Assembly (NCBI GenBank): GCA_964436165.1 | Contig: CAYTBY010000004.1 | Coordinates: 1 to 58,796 of the forward strand | Length of the DNA: 58,796 nucleotides | Direction of reading: 5' to 3' | Source of the DNA: an uncultured Candidatus Saccharibacteria bacterium | GTDB lineage: Bacteria > Patescibacteriota > Minisyncoccia > 2-02-FULL-40-12 > GWA2-44-9 | Shown here: positions 9,191 to 20,149 of the stretch, piece after piece | Position numbering within the stretch: the stretch's first letter is position 1 | Layout: each line of letters opens with the position of its first letter | Position numbers and translations under genes: made by a program | The notes under the pieces: model-generated | The model's input: the letters and a program-made list of their open reading frames with translations, nothing else | The model's database searches: none | Told to the model about the DNA's origin: nothing

Positions 9191-11083
9191 TTATTTTTTC
9201 TCTTCTTCTTTGGCTTCTTCGGCTTTTTGCGGTTCCTCTTTCGGTTTCTCGGCTTGCTGGGCTTGATAGAGCGACGTTCCGACCCTTTGGGCGACTTTTG
9301 AAAGTTCTTCTACGGCTTTCTTAATTTCCTCTATATTATCATTTTTTAACTCTTCCTTCAATTTTTCAACCTTAACTTTTAGTTCTTCCCTATCTCTTTC
9401 TTTTATTTTACCTGCCCCGGCCGAAGCGTCGGGGCCATCATTTTCTTTGACCATCTTTTCAGTTGTGTATATCATTGTCTCGGCCAAATTCTTAGTTTCA
9501 GCCAGCTCTTTGCGCTTGGCGTCTTCAGCCGCGTGTTTCTCGGCATCAGCGGTCATCCTTTTCTTCTCTTCATCTGTAAGACCCGATGAACCCTCAATTC
9601 TTACCGACTGCTCCTTGCCGGTGCCCTTATCTTTAGCTTTAACATTCAATATCCCGTTAGCATCAATATCAAATGAGACTTCTACTTGCGGAATACCTCG
9701 AGGAGCCGGCGGAATACCGTCGAGAATAAATCTTCCGAGGGTTTTGTTATCGTGGGCCATCGCCCTTTCTCCCTGCAAGACATGAATCTCAACCGAGGGC
9801 TGGTTATCAGCCGCGGTTGAAAATATCTGGCTCTTTGAAACAGGAACAGTGGTGTTCTTCTCTATCATTTTGGTAAATACCTGGCCCAGCGTCTCAATAC
9901 CAAGCGATAAGGGCGTAACATCGAGCAACAACACATCCCGAACCTGGCCCTGCATGATACCTCCCTGAATGGCCGCTCCGACCGCAACTACTTCATCGGG
10001 ATTTATATCTTTATGAGGTTCTTTGTCGAATAATTTCTTAACTTCTTCCATTATCAACGGCATCCTCGTCTGTCCGCCGACCATCACCACTTCGTTTATA
10101 TCCGACATTTTATATCCCGCCTCTTCGACGGTTTTCCTGGTCAATTCTATCGAACGGTCAACCAGATCTTTGACCAAACTTTCCAGTTTAGCCCTGGTAA
10201 GGGCCATATTAAAGTGCTTTGCTCCACCAGAATCAGCCGTTAAGAACGGGATATTTATTTCCGTTTGCATTGTGCTTGATAACTCGTGCTTAGCTTTTTC
10301 AGCCGCATCTTTCAAGCGCTGTATAGCCAGCTGGTCTTTTGAAACATCCACACCCTGCTCTTTTTTAAATTCATCAACTAAATAAGCTATCAGTTTTTGG
10401 TCTATATCGTCTCCGCCCAGATGAGTATCTCCGCCTGTGCCTTTTACTTCGATTGTGTCATCTCCTATTTCAAGCACCGAAATATCAAAAGTTCCTCCGC
10501 CAAAGTCATAGACAACGATCTTCTCATCTTTTTTCTTATTTAAACCGTAAGCCAAAGCGGCCGCCGTAGGCTCATTGATAACCCTTTTGACGGTTAGCCC
10601 GGCAATTTCTCCGGCATCTTTAGTCGCTTTCCTTTGAGAATCATCAAAATATGCCGGAACGGTAATTATGGCTTCAGTGATCTTTTCGCCTAACTTGTCT
10701 TCCGCGTCCTGTTTTAATTTCTGCAAAACCATTGCTGAAATTTCTGCTGGTTTATGATATTTCTCACCCATTTTAACCTCAACATCACCATGAGCGCCCT
10801 CCTTAATCTCGTAAGGTAAGAGTTTTTTATCTCTCTGAACTTCGGTATCTGAAAAACGCCGGCCGATAAGCCGTTTGACCGAATAAATGGTATTAGCCGG
10901 ATTGGTAACGGCCTGTCTCTTGGCCGTTACGCCAACGTATCTTTCGCCGTTCTTGCCAACAGCAACAACCGAAGGCGTAGTCCGCATTCCTTCTTTATTT
11001 TCCAGTATCCTCGGCTGGCCTATCTCGACCACGGCCATGGCACTGTTAGTAGTACCGAGGTCTATACCTAAAATCTTTGACAT
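9191..11083 (-). CDS. dnaK: Chaperone DnaK (Hsp70)
   Basis: [30 protein letters not shown]. Confidence 0.99.
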   Translation of the reverse strand: MSKILGIDLGTTNSAMAVVEIGQPRILENKEGMRTTPSVVAVGKNGERYVGVTAKRQAVTNPANTIYSVKRLIGRRFSDTEVQRDKKLLPYEIKEGAHGDVEVKMGEKYHKPAEISAMVLQKLKQDAEDKLGEKITEAIITVPAYFDDSQRKATKDAGEIAGLTVKRVINEPTAAALAYGLNKKKDEKIVVYDFGGGTFDISVLEIGDDTIEVKGTGGDTHLGGDDIDQKLIAYLVDEFKKEQGVDVSKDQLAIQRLKDAAEKAKHELSSTMQTEINIPFLTADSGGAKHFNMALTRAKLESLVKDLVDRSIELTRKTVEEAGYKMSDINEVVMVGGQTRMPLIMEEVKKLFDKEPHKDINPDEVVAVGAAIQGGIMQGQVRDVLLLDVTPLSLGIETLGQVFTKMIEKNTTVPVSKSQIFSTAADNQPSVEIHVLQGERAMAHDNKTLGRFILDGIPPAPRGIPQVEVSFDIDANGILNVKAKDKGTGKEQSVRIEGSSGLTDEEKKRMTADAEKHAAEDAKRKELAETKNLAETMIYTTEKMVKENDGPDASAGAGKIKERDREELKVKVEKLKEELKNDNIEEIKKAVEELSKVAQRVGTSLYQAQQAEKPKEEPQKAEEAKEEEKK

Positions 11084-11241
11084 AATTACTTAAGCTCCAA
11101 ATTACAAGCACCAAATTACAAATAATATCCAATTCGCCAGCCGGCGAATCAAACTCCAATGACCGAAACGTTTGGGATTTTGATCATTGGGATTTGGGAT
11201 TTATTTGGGATTTGGGATTTGTTATTTGGGATTTGTTAAAA

Positions 11242-11721
11242 TTATTTGATAATTTTGACTCTTGCCGGTCTTATTACTTTTCCGTGCATCGTATAACCAG
11301 GTCTGATTTCTTCTATTTTTTCTTCTGTACTTTCCTCTTGATTTTGCATTTCTGTGGTTACCGCTTCGTGTAATAACGGATCAAAACCACTACCCGCAAC
11401 ATTTATCTTCTCAACTCCGAACTTTTTTAAAAAATTGCTTAATTTATCCAAAGAACTATCAAATCCGCTAGTCCACTCCTTTAAATCGTTTGAGTCGGGC
11501 AGATTTTTTCTAGAAACCTCTATCCCATCTACCACGTCTATCAGTTCCATTATTATTCCCTCAGTAGAAAACTTCAAAAACTCTTCCATTCTCTTTGACT
11601 CATCCTTCTTATAATTCACAAAATCCGCTCGTTCTCTTTTCCAATTATTTAAATATTCGTCGCATTCTCTCTGACAAAGTTCAAGTTCTGTATTTTTTAT
11701 ATCATTATTATCTTCGCTCAT
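11242..11721 (-). CDS. grpE: Nucleotide exchange factor GrpE
   Basis: RADFVNYKK, FDPLLHEAV, GYTMHGKVIRPARV; lies between hrcA and dnaK. Confidence 0.97.
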   Translation of the reverse strand: MSEDNNDIKNTELELCQRECDEYLNNWKRERADFVNYKKDESKRMEEFLKFSTEGIIMELIDVVDGIEVSRKNLPDSNDLKEWTSGFDSSLDKLSNFLKKFGVEKINVAGSGFDPLLHEAVTTEMQNQEESTEEKIEEIRPGYTMHGKVIRPARVKIIK

Positions 11722-11831
11722 AGTCAAAATGTAAAATGTAAATATCGAAGTGAAAAATGACAGTTTAAAATCTTAAAATTTTTAATTTTACATTGTCATT
11801 TTAAATTTTGATTTTTAAATTTTAAATTAGC

Positions 11832-12578
11832 TCAAATTTGTCTTGCAAATTTTTCCTTAAACTCATCCACGATATATTTTGCCAATCCGATATTCTTTTC
11901 GTAATTCATTCTCATTGGCCCGATAATAGTCATCGTTCCGGTTTTCCTGCCGGGCAAAGGATATCTGGCTAGAATAACCGTTTCTTCTTTTATATTTTTT
12001 ATCTGATTTTCGTCACCGATCAATATTGTAATATCGTTTTTATCAAACTCGAAAAATTCACTTTCCATTCGATTGAACATTGTCTCAAAATGATCGAAGA
12101 CGCTGGCGACATTGAAAACCCGGTTGAACTCCCTGAATTCTGGAAACTCAAATAAACTTGAAAGCCCAGTTTTGTAAAAATAGTCACTGTCCTTGACGTT
12201 AGTCACCACGATATTATCTGACAGGACGGATATAATATTAGCTACCACCCTATTTAGTTCTTCGGGGTTGTTGCCGGCATCGGTTATTGCCTTGTGTATC
12301 TTCTTTTTTGTTGCTTCAGGCACATAAATTGCCGGATCAGCCATCAAGTTATCAACATAAAGACGATAGGCTTTGGTTGTTGGGACCCGGCCGCTTGAAG
12401 TATGCAAATGGGTTAGGTAGCCGGCCTTCTCAAGCTCATTCATCTCATGCCTGATCGTGGCCGAACTTAAGCTAAATGAGCCAGATTTTACAAGGGCTTT
12501 TGAACTAACCGGCTCCGGCTCCTTTATATACTCTTCTATTAAAATATTTAATAATTTCCCCTGCCTCTTCGTAAGCAT
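11832..12578 (-). CDS. hrcA: Heat-inducible transcription repressor HrcA
   Basis: SSATIRHEM, HTSSGRVPT, IGPMRMNY. Confidence 0.95.
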   Translation of the reverse strand: MLTKRQGKLLNILIEEYIKEPEPVSSKALVKSGSFSLSSATIRHEMNELEKAGYLTHLHTSSGRVPTTKAYRLYVDNLMADPAIYVPEATKKKIHKAITDAGNNPEELNRVVANIISVLSDNIVVTNVKDSDYFYKTGLSSLFEFPEFREFNRVFNVASVFDHFETMFNRMESEFFEFDKNDITILIGDENQIKNIKEETVILARYPLPGRKTGTMTIIGPMRMNYEKNIGLAKYIVDEFKEKFARQI

Positions 12579-12596
12579 AAAAGCATTATATCATAG

Positions 12597-12623
12597 CTGG
12601 CACTCCGAGGTCAACAGTGCCAG
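12597..12623. promoter_or_regulatory. CIRCE operator variant overlapping the hrcA -35
   Basis: CTGGCACTC-N9-CAGTGCCAG versus consensus TTAGCACTC-N9-GAGTGCTAA; minus-strand TTGACC-N18-TATAAT overlaps it. Confidence 0.85.
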
Positions 12624-12693
12624 CCAAATAAAAAACCACTTTCGTGGTTTTTTATTTTAACTAATTACTAGCTACTAAGCACCACCCACTATT

Positions 12694-12900
12694 CTATAAT
12701 GCTTTGTATCCTAGCTCTTCAATTGCTTTTACGAGCTGCTCTTTGGTAACCTTTGTTTCATCAAATTCAAATGTCCCGAATTTTTTTTCATAATCAACAA
12801 AAACCTCCTTAACTCCATCCATAGATGAAGTCAGCATCTGAATGCCGGTGGCGCAGGCCCCGCAATGCATGCCCTCAATTTTCATCTCGATTTTTACCAT
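12694..12900 (-). CDS. copZ: Heavy-metal-associated domain chaperone (CopZ-like)
   Basis: GMHCGAC motif, ends IEELGY. Confidence 0.85.
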   Translation of the reverse strand: MVKIEMKIEGMHCGACATGIQMLTSSMDGVKEVFVDYEKKFGTFEFDETKVTKEQLVKAIEELGYKAL

Positions 12901-12977
12901 GGGTTTAATCAACTACCACGCGGCAAGCCGCGAGGAAATCCCCTTCGGGTATTATACCACAAATTTTATCCATAAAA

Positions 12978-15900
12978 CTATTTCGAAGTAACTGTCACAA
13001 TAGCAGAATTTCCTATACCGCCCTGAGCATCATGGGGTTTAGTCTGTAACTTATACGTTTTATTGGGGGCATTGGGCACTCTCCAGGCACAGGTGTACGG
13101 CAATGTAGTATCACCGCACATAAAGTTATTATTGACGTAAAAATCTACCTGAGTGACACCGACATTGTCTGAGGCATCGGCTGAAATTATCACGGTAGAG
13201 CCACCCGTTACAAAAGTATTGTTAAGCGGATAAGTTATAACAGAGGTCGGGACTATTGAATCAGCATATACATTATAGATAACCCCGATATTTTGAGGAC
13301 TATTTGAGGCATTTGGATCGACGAAGCTTACAGAACACGAATATATGCCTAAACTCATAGTATCCACGGAAACATATACCTGCCCACTACCGCCAACATT
13401 CATACTGCCAGAGGAAGGAGTAACATGGCACCAAGGCTGGTTAGCAGTTGCAGTCCAATTAAGAATTCCCGTTCCGGGATTGGATAAAGTCACCTGCTGA
13501 GATGCCGGCGGCGGAGCGTTATTCATGCCGGTAAAAATAACCGAATCGGGGTTTAAATTAATAACCGGAATTGGAATCAGAATATCTACAACAAATGACC
13601 TTGGCAATGAGGTGGTTGAATTGCCTGCAGAATCATATGCTTTTACCGTCCAGACATTCGTACCGTTGTCGGCAGAAGTTATCGACCAGGAAAAATTAGA
13701 AAACTCGTATTTATTATAACCGCTGGAATAAGACCTGGAATCGTAATAAACCCCATTTTTATAAAGCTCGACTTTAGTTATTTTATCTGTGCCGGACGAG
13801 GCATAAGCGTATATGGTAACGGTTTTATCATTCTTATAAACCGAATTTTCTTCAGGAGATACAATGGAAGCGGAAAGCGGCGGTATTGGCGGTAAAACAG
13901 TTATATATCTGATAACATAGTCTTTTAGGGAATTACTGTCCGTAGCCCGGGCAATTATTCTATAATTTCCCGGCTTATTGTATACGCACTGCACATTTTC
14001 GTAACCGGAGCAGTAATCGCCGGCGATATAAGTTGATACCGTTGCCCCGTCAAAAGCCTGGGTTGTGGCGCTGACGTTAACCGTCAAAGGCGCCTGACCG
14101 CTACTTTGGTCAATGTTTAAACCGATAATCGGCGGAGTACCGACAGCGCCGCCGGTCCGTACAATCACTGATTTTCGTTCTGATTGCTGAAGCTGGGTAT
14201 CTATACCATCAGCTCCGACCCTAAATACTCCCTGGCTTGGAAAAGTATAAGTAGCCGAAGAACCAGTATAACAACAATTAAAATATGCATTATCGGGAAT
14301 TCCGATACCGGCCGTAACAAAACCCCAGGCTGTTAACCCGCTATCCGGATCAGTCAGGGGATAATTAATTGAGTAGGTGGTGCCACTTACCGACGTTGCC
14401 GTTAATATTCCATAAGGAGGGCCGGCTAAAGTTACATCGGGATTTATATTAAACTGGGTCTGAGCAATTACGCCCCCTCCGCGTCCGTCCCTGGAAGAAA
14501 TTTGATACGTTGCCAAACCGGGTCGTTCCAACCTGGGAGCTGTAAAATATATATAATTTCCGGTCGGCAAAGGAAAAGCTTTTCTTAAGGCCCAGCCCAA
14601 AAGATCAGTTGTGGAAACATATTGTGATCCGAACGATTGTTTAAACGTTCCTTTAGAAATTAAATCCCCGTCCTGGTCAATCGTGTCAGAGAAAATTGTA
14701 TATTGGGTTCCGGCATTACCTATCACGTATTGAGGCATGAGCATCACTGGAAACTGATTTAAAACGGGATTGGAATTGAACGAATTAGTAAATAATTTAT
14801 TCAGATTTAACCGGCCACCGGATGAAGTAAGGGCCGCCAAAGATGAAACCGTATCATAACTCTGGGGATGAAGAACAGCATCTCGAACCTGCTCTGCGCT
14901 TAGACCCGGGTAAAGATGCAATAACGCCGCAACCGCTCCTGTCACATGGGGCGCTGCCATTGATGTTCCGGATAAAAATGAATACCCGCTCGGATCGCAA
15001 TAGTAGCAAGTACCGGTCGGGACGGTTGAGAGAGTAGACATTCCCGGCGCAGCAATATCGACAGTAGCATATCCATAATTAGTAAAATAAGCTCCGGCAT
15101 CATTAGCATCCGTTGCTAAAACAGATATTATTCCCCTTCCATCAAATGAGGCAGGATAACTTGGCGTTATATCCGTGTTTAATGCGTTATTACCCGAAGC
15201 CGCAACATTAATTATTCCCAGATCTTCCACCTGCGACATCGCATCTCTTAAAGCCTGACCATGGGTCGGGCTTGCCCAGGAATTATTCGCAACCCGAATA
15301 TTAACTCCGGATTGTTTTAAGTCGGCAATTTTTTGAAAAGCTAAAACTGCATCCGAGGTCATCCCGTTTCCGTAAGAATCCAGAAATTTAACGGCCATTA
15401 GCTTTACATTCCAGTTAATGCCGGCCATACCAATCAAATTATTGGCCGCCGCTCCGATCGTGCCGGCTATATGGGTGCCGTGTCCATAGTTATCTTGTCC
15501 GCCAAAATTACATGTCCCGAGAATGCACGTAAAACCGTGATTACCGCCGGTATCTGACCACAAATTACTTTGCAAATCGGGGTGATTGTAATCTATGCCT
15601 GAATCAACAACTGCAACCACCACATCCGATGCATCATTCTGAACCGCCCATGCCAAAGGCGCCGAAATCTTGGTCATATCCCACTGCTGTAACCAAAGGG
15701 GGTCATTTGGCGGAATATTGGGTGTAGGTGTCGGGATAGGTGTTGGAGTTGGAGTAGGTGAGGGTGAGGGAGTGGGGGTCGGCGTAGGCGTCGGCGTTTC
15801 ACTGGGCGTAGGCGTTGGAGTAGGAGTCCTTTTGGGAGCAATTGCTCTGTATACATAATTATAGCTTACCTGATCGATACTAGAATCTTTATTGAGCTTG

Positions 15901-16400
15901 CCGATAATTTGTTTTAAATCTGAAAAACTAGGATCTGATTCATCTTTATCAATGCCATTATTCTTCAAAATCGTTGACGGCCCGTCAAAAGTAATCATAT
16001 ACCAGCCAAAGACATCGGCATTAGGATTGGATTTACTGTTCGGCTTAACCAATTTCTTAAAACTGACAACCTTTTTAACCTTATTGGCCTCGGAAAGAGA
16101 TGAGAGTCCTGATGTACTGATATTCCCCTCTTTAACCTTGTTTCTGGCCGATAATTTCACGCGAACCAATACTTGATTCGAAGAATATTCTGTATCGGAA
16201 TTACTCTTAACGGTTTGTGAGGCCAGAGCCGCATTGATTTTAAGAAACTTTAGGGATGCCCAGGATCCCGATATGGCAACGGATAAAAAGGCTGAGAAAA
16301 CGACCAGAATCGCCAAATGGGTAGCTAAAGACCATGAACTCTGGTGCCATTGGTTATACCAGCCTAATTTATTGCAAAAGTAATTATGCAGTTGTTTCAC
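12978..16400 (-). CDS. Secreted or anchored S8 subtilisin-like protease with PT linker and Ig-like/BACON domains
   Basis: Catalytic motifs VVDSG, HGTHIAG, GTSMAAP; (PT)n linker; C-terminal Big-like repeats. Confidence 0.9.
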   Translation of the reverse strand: MKQLHNYFCNKLGWYNQWHQSSWSLATHLAILVVFSAFLSVAISGSWASLKFLKINAALASQTVKSNSDTEYSSNQVLVRVKLSARNKVKEGNISTSGLSSLSEANKVKKVVSFKKLVKPNSKSNPNADVFGWYMITFDGPSTILKNNGIDKDESDPSFSDLKQIIGKLNKDSSIDQVSYNYVYRAIAPKRTPTPTPTPSETPTPTPTPTPSPSPTPTPTPIPTPTPNIPPNDPLWLQQWDMTKISAPLAWAVQNDASDVVVAVVDSGIDYNHPDLQSNLWSDTGGNHGFTCILGTCNFGGQDNYGHGTHIAGTIGAAANNLIGMAGINWNVKLMAVKFLDSYGNGMTSDAVLAFQKIADLKQSGVNIRVANNSWASPTHGQALRDAMSQVEDLGIINVAASGNNALNTDITPSYPASFDGRGIISVLATDANDAGAYFTNYGYATVDIAAPGMSTLSTVPTGTCYYCDPSGYSFLSGTSMAAPHVTGAVAALLHLYPGLSAEQVRDAVLHPQSYDTVSSLAALTSSGGRLNLNKLFTNSFNSNPVLNQFPVMLMPQYVIGNAGTQYTIFSDTIDQDGDLISKGTFKQSFGSQYVSTTDLLGWALRKAFPLPTGNYIYFTAPRLERPGLATYQISSRDGRGGGVIAQTQFNINPDVTLAGPPYGILTATSVSGTTYSINYPLTDPDSGLTAWGFVTAGIGIPDNAYFNCCYTGSSATYTFPSQGVFRVGADGIDTQLQQSERKSVIVRTGGAVGTPPIIGLNIDQSSGQAPLTVNVSATTQAFDGATVSTYIAGDYCSGYENVQCVYNKPGNYRIIARATDSNSLKDYVIRYITVLPPIPPLSASIVSPEENSVYKNDKTVTIYAYASSGTDKITKVELYKNGVYYDSRSYSSGYNKYEFSNFSWSITSADNGTNVWTVKAYDSAGNSTTSLPRSFVVDILIPIPVINLNPDSVIFTGMNNAPPPASQQVTLSNPGTGILNWTATANQPWCHVTPSSGSMNVGGSGQVYVSVDTMSLGIYSCSVSFVDPNASNSPQNIGVIYNVYADSIVPTSVITYPLNNTFVTGGSTVIISADASDNVGVTQVDFYVNNNFMCGDTTLPYTCAWRVPNAPNKTYKLQTKPHDAQGGIGNSAIVTVTSK

Positions 16401-16594
16401 GGGATACTAAATTATTGCAAATCAAAAATGCGTTAATAGAACGCAAAATTATAATCACAACATTATGTTAACCGCCATATAGCTATTCTATTATTTTAAT
16501 AATAAACAGAAAAACAACGTTATCCACTCCGTCGCTTATACTCTTTAATACCAGACTCAACCAATATCCACATACGGTTATGATATATCATAAT

Positions 16595-16762
16595 TCTTCC
16601 CCGCCTAGCGGTCTTGCTCTGAGAAATTTAAAGGAGATTTTTGGATATAATTCCGTAAAATAGCTTCGCTATCACGAGACCGTTGTTGTTTTAATTCTTC
16701 GTTTTCCATACTACTTACTACCGACTACTTGCTACATACTAATTTTGGTCTTGGTTGGGCAT
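16595..16762 (-). pseudogene. Degenerate 5' gene fragments of the 'NQDLQNYIEKSRQAGK' family
   Basis: MPNQDQN* then MENEELKQ..YIQKS..DR*AGK; similar to 23305-23424 and to the 35911 N-terminus. Confidence 0.6.
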
Positions 16763-16771
16763 TGTTGCGGC

Positions 16772-18247
16772 TTAAGGGCTGACCTTAAACTCGATCGGAT
16801 TATCAGGATACGACCAATACCATGTAGAGTAATCGGCATTGTGTCCTATGCCCATAATTGAAAATGTGTAAGTTTTTGATGGGTCAAGAGGTGGACCATC
16901 ATAGATCTTAGAATTAATGCCTGGAGTAATGTTGGCGTAAAAAGACCAGGCAGGCTTATATGAAGAAGCTGGCTTATCAAAAAGAACAATTCCGTAACAG
17001 CATGGGGTCGGCCAATTAGCATCAACCACCCACTCGAACTTCAGATTAGAGACTGGGGATTGAGATGCGGCGGGAGACAGAATTTTCACCGGGAAATACC
17101 TCAATGTCTGCACGTTGGAAGAGATGATTTCCTGACCGCTGGAATCATAGGCTATAACATAATATTTATACTCACCAGGAGAATATGTAGAAGGAGGAAA
17201 ATCAGATGTTCCATACAACGTTGTGGTAGAGCCTGGTTTTACTCTAGTAATAGTCCATCTAGTACAATCATCTACAAATTGCGTGGCTATCCATTCGTTT
17301 GTCACTCGGATACTATTGCAGAGGTTTGAATCTATATTTTGAAAATCTGCGGCTAATGAATAACCACTGTCATTTGGAAACTTTTTATATAATTTCAAAG
17401 AGTTTGCTTTGGGATTATTTTTAGAATAACTAAGCTTTAATATCGTATTGATCATATTAACGCGCGTAGTTTCATAAAAATTATAAAAACCATCCTCAAG
17501 AATCATTGCGGTGCCGGGAGGTGGAACCGGAGTTGAGGTAACACAAGAGCCCATAGTATCTCCATGATTTAAATGTGCCGGTACAAGCGATGGGTCGGCA
17601 ACATTTATTTCATGCCAATTTTCAGGATTATCCGAGGCATGGTGGCAAATCTTAGTTAAAGACTGCCCCCATCTCTTAGCCCTGTCATAAACCTGTGTAT
17701 CTTTTGCCGAAGTTACCGCCGTTCCTTTCTGATACCAATTAAATTCTTTAGAATTTATACAGAAAACTTTTTTGAAGAAATCCGGGTCTTGGTTGACGGC
17801 CTGATCACCAGAAACATTAACCCATTGAAGCTGGGCGGTGCTTTGGCCGGTTAGTTTTATGGCATAGATTTTAGGGTCACTTGCTTGCCCTGAGCTTGCC
17901 TGCCCTGAACTTGTTGAAGTGGTCGAATGGGTTTCGCAATTTCTGTAATAACTTGATGTTGGAAAAGCGTCTCGAGCTTGGACAGAAACCTTTTTCACAT
18001 TCTTAAACCCGCCCAAATGACCGTAGTAATCAAAGATAGCGGGATTTAAGAATAATCTCTTGTACCCATGTTCATTAACAATGAAAACATCCGGATCACC
18101 AGAGCTAGAAGCGCTTATTAAGCTACCTTCTTTCAATCCAAAATCAGAGGGCCTGCCCTGAGGCAGCTCGAAGGGTTGGGCGGCGTGGGAATTATCAGCC
18201 ACCAGGAATAATGACAAAAGTGACAAAAAGAAGAGTTTTTTGATCAT
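16772..18247 (-). CDS. Secreted hypothetical protein
   Basis: Signal peptide MIKKLFFLSLLSLFLVADNSHA; 491 aa. Confidence 0.85.
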   Translation of the reverse strand: MIKKLFFLSLLSLFLVADNSHAAQPFELPQGRPSDFGLKEGSLISASSSGDPDVFIVNEHGYKRLFLNPAIFDYYGHLGGFKNVKKVSVQARDAFPTSSYYRNCETHSTTSTSSGQASSGQASDPKIYAIKLTGQSTAQLQWVNVSGDQAVNQDPDFFKKVFCINSKEFNWYQKGTAVTSAKDTQVYDRAKRWGQSLTKICHHASDNPENWHEINVADPSLVPAHLNHGDTMGSCVTSTPVPPPGTAMILEDGFYNFYETTRVNMINTILKLSYSKNNPKANSLKLYKKFPNDSGYSLAADFQNIDSNLCNSIRVTNEWIATQFVDDCTRWTITRVKPGSTTTLYGTSDFPPSTYSPGEYKYYVIAYDSSGQEIISSNVQTLRYFPVKILSPAASQSPVSNLKFEWVVDANWPTPCCYGIVLFDKPASSYKPAWSFYANITPGINSKIYDGPPLDPSKTYTFSIMGIGHNADYSTWYWSYPDNPIEFKVSP

Positions 18248-18597
18248 TAGAAAGACCTTAGAAGCTCGCTCATTGCTTGTTTAAGTATCGGCAGATCATT
18301 TTCTATTGCACTCCAAACAATTTTAAAATTAACACCAAAATATTCATGGATCAGCTTATTTCTCATATTAGATATTTCGAGCCAAGGCAAATCGGAATTA
18401 GATTTTTTAATTTCTTCTGATAATTTTTTAACTGCTTCGCCAATTACTTCAAATTCACGTATTACCGCAGCTCGGATCATTTTATTATCTTTATTCTCTT
18501 TGGCTAAAAATTGTTCTTTATTTATATTTTCTGTATATTCTTGGATGGATTTAATCGAATCAAGAATGTGTTGTATGTATAGTTTATCTTTATCCAT
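18247..18597 (-). CDS. HEPN (DUF86/HepT-like) toxin
   Basis: VIGEAVK, RNKLIHEYF. Confidence 0.92.
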   Translation of the reverse strand: MDKDKLYIQHILDSIKSIQEYTENINKEQFLAKENKDNKMIRAAVIREFEVIGEAVKKLSEEIKKSNSDLPWLEISNMRNKLIHEYFGVNFKIVWSAIENDLPILKQAMSELLRSF

Positions 18598-18600
18598 ATA

Positions 18601-18891
18601 TTAATTGGGGTTAAGTATGACTTGTAAATTTCGGATAATAGAATCCCGAATATACGGACTGAGTGCTTCTTCTGTAACTAAATCTACTTTTACACCTAAT
18701 TTATCAGATAAAATATTCTCCAAATGGATAAAACCTAATAAGCTTATATCGTCTTTTTTGAATCTGACCAAAACATCCAGATCGCTGTCGGGCTTATTAT
18801 CGCCTCTTGCCCGCGAACCAAAAATGCCGGCAAACTCAACGCCGTTATTAAGAAGAATTGACCTTAAAGATTGTATATTTATCTCGTTCAT
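18601..18891 (-). CDS. Minimal nucleotidyltransferase antitoxin
   Basis: FGSRARGDNKPDSDLDVLV. Confidence 0.92.
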   Translation of the reverse strand: MNEINIQSLRSILLNNGVEFAGIFGSRARGDNKPDSDLDVLVRFKKDDISLLGFIHLENILSDKLGVKVDLVTEEALSPYIRDSIIRNLQVILNPN

Positions 18892-19046
18892 AATGCTATA
18901 AATATATCATAAAATCACGTTTTCAGCCATCAAGCGAAAAGAGGGGCTAGATAGACCCCTTGTTCTCGAGACCGTTTCAAATTGGGTGCTTGAAAGCACT
19001 CTTTTTTGTTGCCCTGTCTAGGCTACATTCTCAATTAACATGTTAA

Positions 19047-20111
19047 ATTGGGTATTATGACCAAAAAAAGAACCCAAAATGTCCAATCTGTGGCAGTAAC
19101 AAAACAATTAAGCGAGGTAGTAGAAATGGATTAAAAAGATTTTTCTGTAAGAAACAGAGCCACTCTTTTTCAATAGACCACAGAGTAAAACCAATTTTCT
19201 GGATACCGCATATTGACGGAGTCCCATTCAGAAAACTAGCTGACCAATATCAAACATCTCCAGCCAAAGTATTTAGGCAAGTCGAAAATGAAATGGACCG
19301 CTTACCAGAAAATACTTGGCTGTCCGCTAACTATTGCAATCGCTGGTCAGGCAGATTAGTCGTTGACGGCAAATATGTAAAAGTTAAAGGCTATGACCAA
19401 AAGATACCATTCATTTATGGCATTGATTACCTGACCCATGATATTCCCGTAGGATTACTAGCTCCAAGCGAAAATGAGGAAGCCTATTACAAATTTTTTA
19501 TCCTACTTAAAACTTGTAAATATCCTTTTCAGATTGTGATTGCCGATGATAACGGAGCCGTCAGACCAGCCTTGGCTAAAGTATTCCCAACCGTCAGAAC
19601 TCAATTATGCCAGAATCATTATTTAGAAAATTGGAGGCAGGCTTTGGCTATTAGAACGAATGAAAAATATCGGGAGTTCTTTTACGGATTAAACGCTGCC
19701 TTTGACTCAAAACTGCACCATAAAGCCAGAGAAGCCAGATTGCAGTATCTTTACTTCAGATATGGCAAATACAGCTCTGTAGTCCAAACCATATTGGTGG
19801 ATGTAGCTAAAAGAAGCAATGAATTGTTTGCCTTCAAATATCGCCTGGAACATTGTCCCAATACGACCAATATCATTGAGAGCTACAATTCACACTTACA
19901 GGGCAGATTAAAATCAATCAAAGGATTTCAGAGTTTTCATTCAGCTGAGAGATGGCTCAATGCCTGGATGATAAGGAGAAGGACTAAACCTTTTACTGAT
20001 TGCGAGGAACCGTTCAAAGATTTGAATGGAAAATCATCATTAGAAGTTGCTCTTAAAAAAGATGTTAAATTTCCTGAGATTTTGGGGATAAAAAGAAAAA
20101 CGTCCAAATAA
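19047..20111 (+). CDS. DDE transposase with N-terminal zinc-ribbon-like region; start uncertain (frameshifted)
   Basis: Frame open from 19047 (CPICGS...FFCKK), VVDGKY, IADD, CQNH, TTNIIESYN; nearest ATG (19057) is in another frame before an A7 run. Confidence 0.85.
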   Translation: MGYYDQKKNPKCPICGSNKTIKRGSRNGLKRFFCKKQSHSFSIDHRVKPIFWIPHIDGVPFRKLADQYQTSPAKVFRQVENEMDRLPENTWLSANYCNRWSGRLVVDGKYVKVKGYDQKIPFIYGIDYLTHDIPVGLLAPSENEEAYYKFFILLKTCKYPFQIVIADDNGAVRPALAKVFPTVRTQLCQNHYLENWRQALAIRTNEKYREFFYGLNAAFDSKLHHKAREARLQYLYFRYGKYSSVVQTILVDVAKRSNELFAFKYRLEHCPNTTNIIESYNSHLQGRLKSIKGFQSFHSAERWLNAWMIRRRTKPFTDCEEPFKDLNGKSSLEVALKKDVKFPEILGIKRKTSK

Positions 20112-20149
20112 AACAAAGAACCCGCCGAGCAGATTCTCTGCTGACGGGT

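Noticed and set aside
9067-11614. Plus-strand ORFs over dnaK and grpE, and similar short ORFs opposite other long genes
   Set aside because: Antisense shadows of well-supported genes
15670-15858. (GV)n ORFs here and at 54428 and 55928
   Set aside because: Antisense shadows of Pro-Thr linkers
16520-16528. DnaA-box-like TTATCCACT as a replication origin
   Set aside because: Single imperfect match, no cluster, no dnaA nearby
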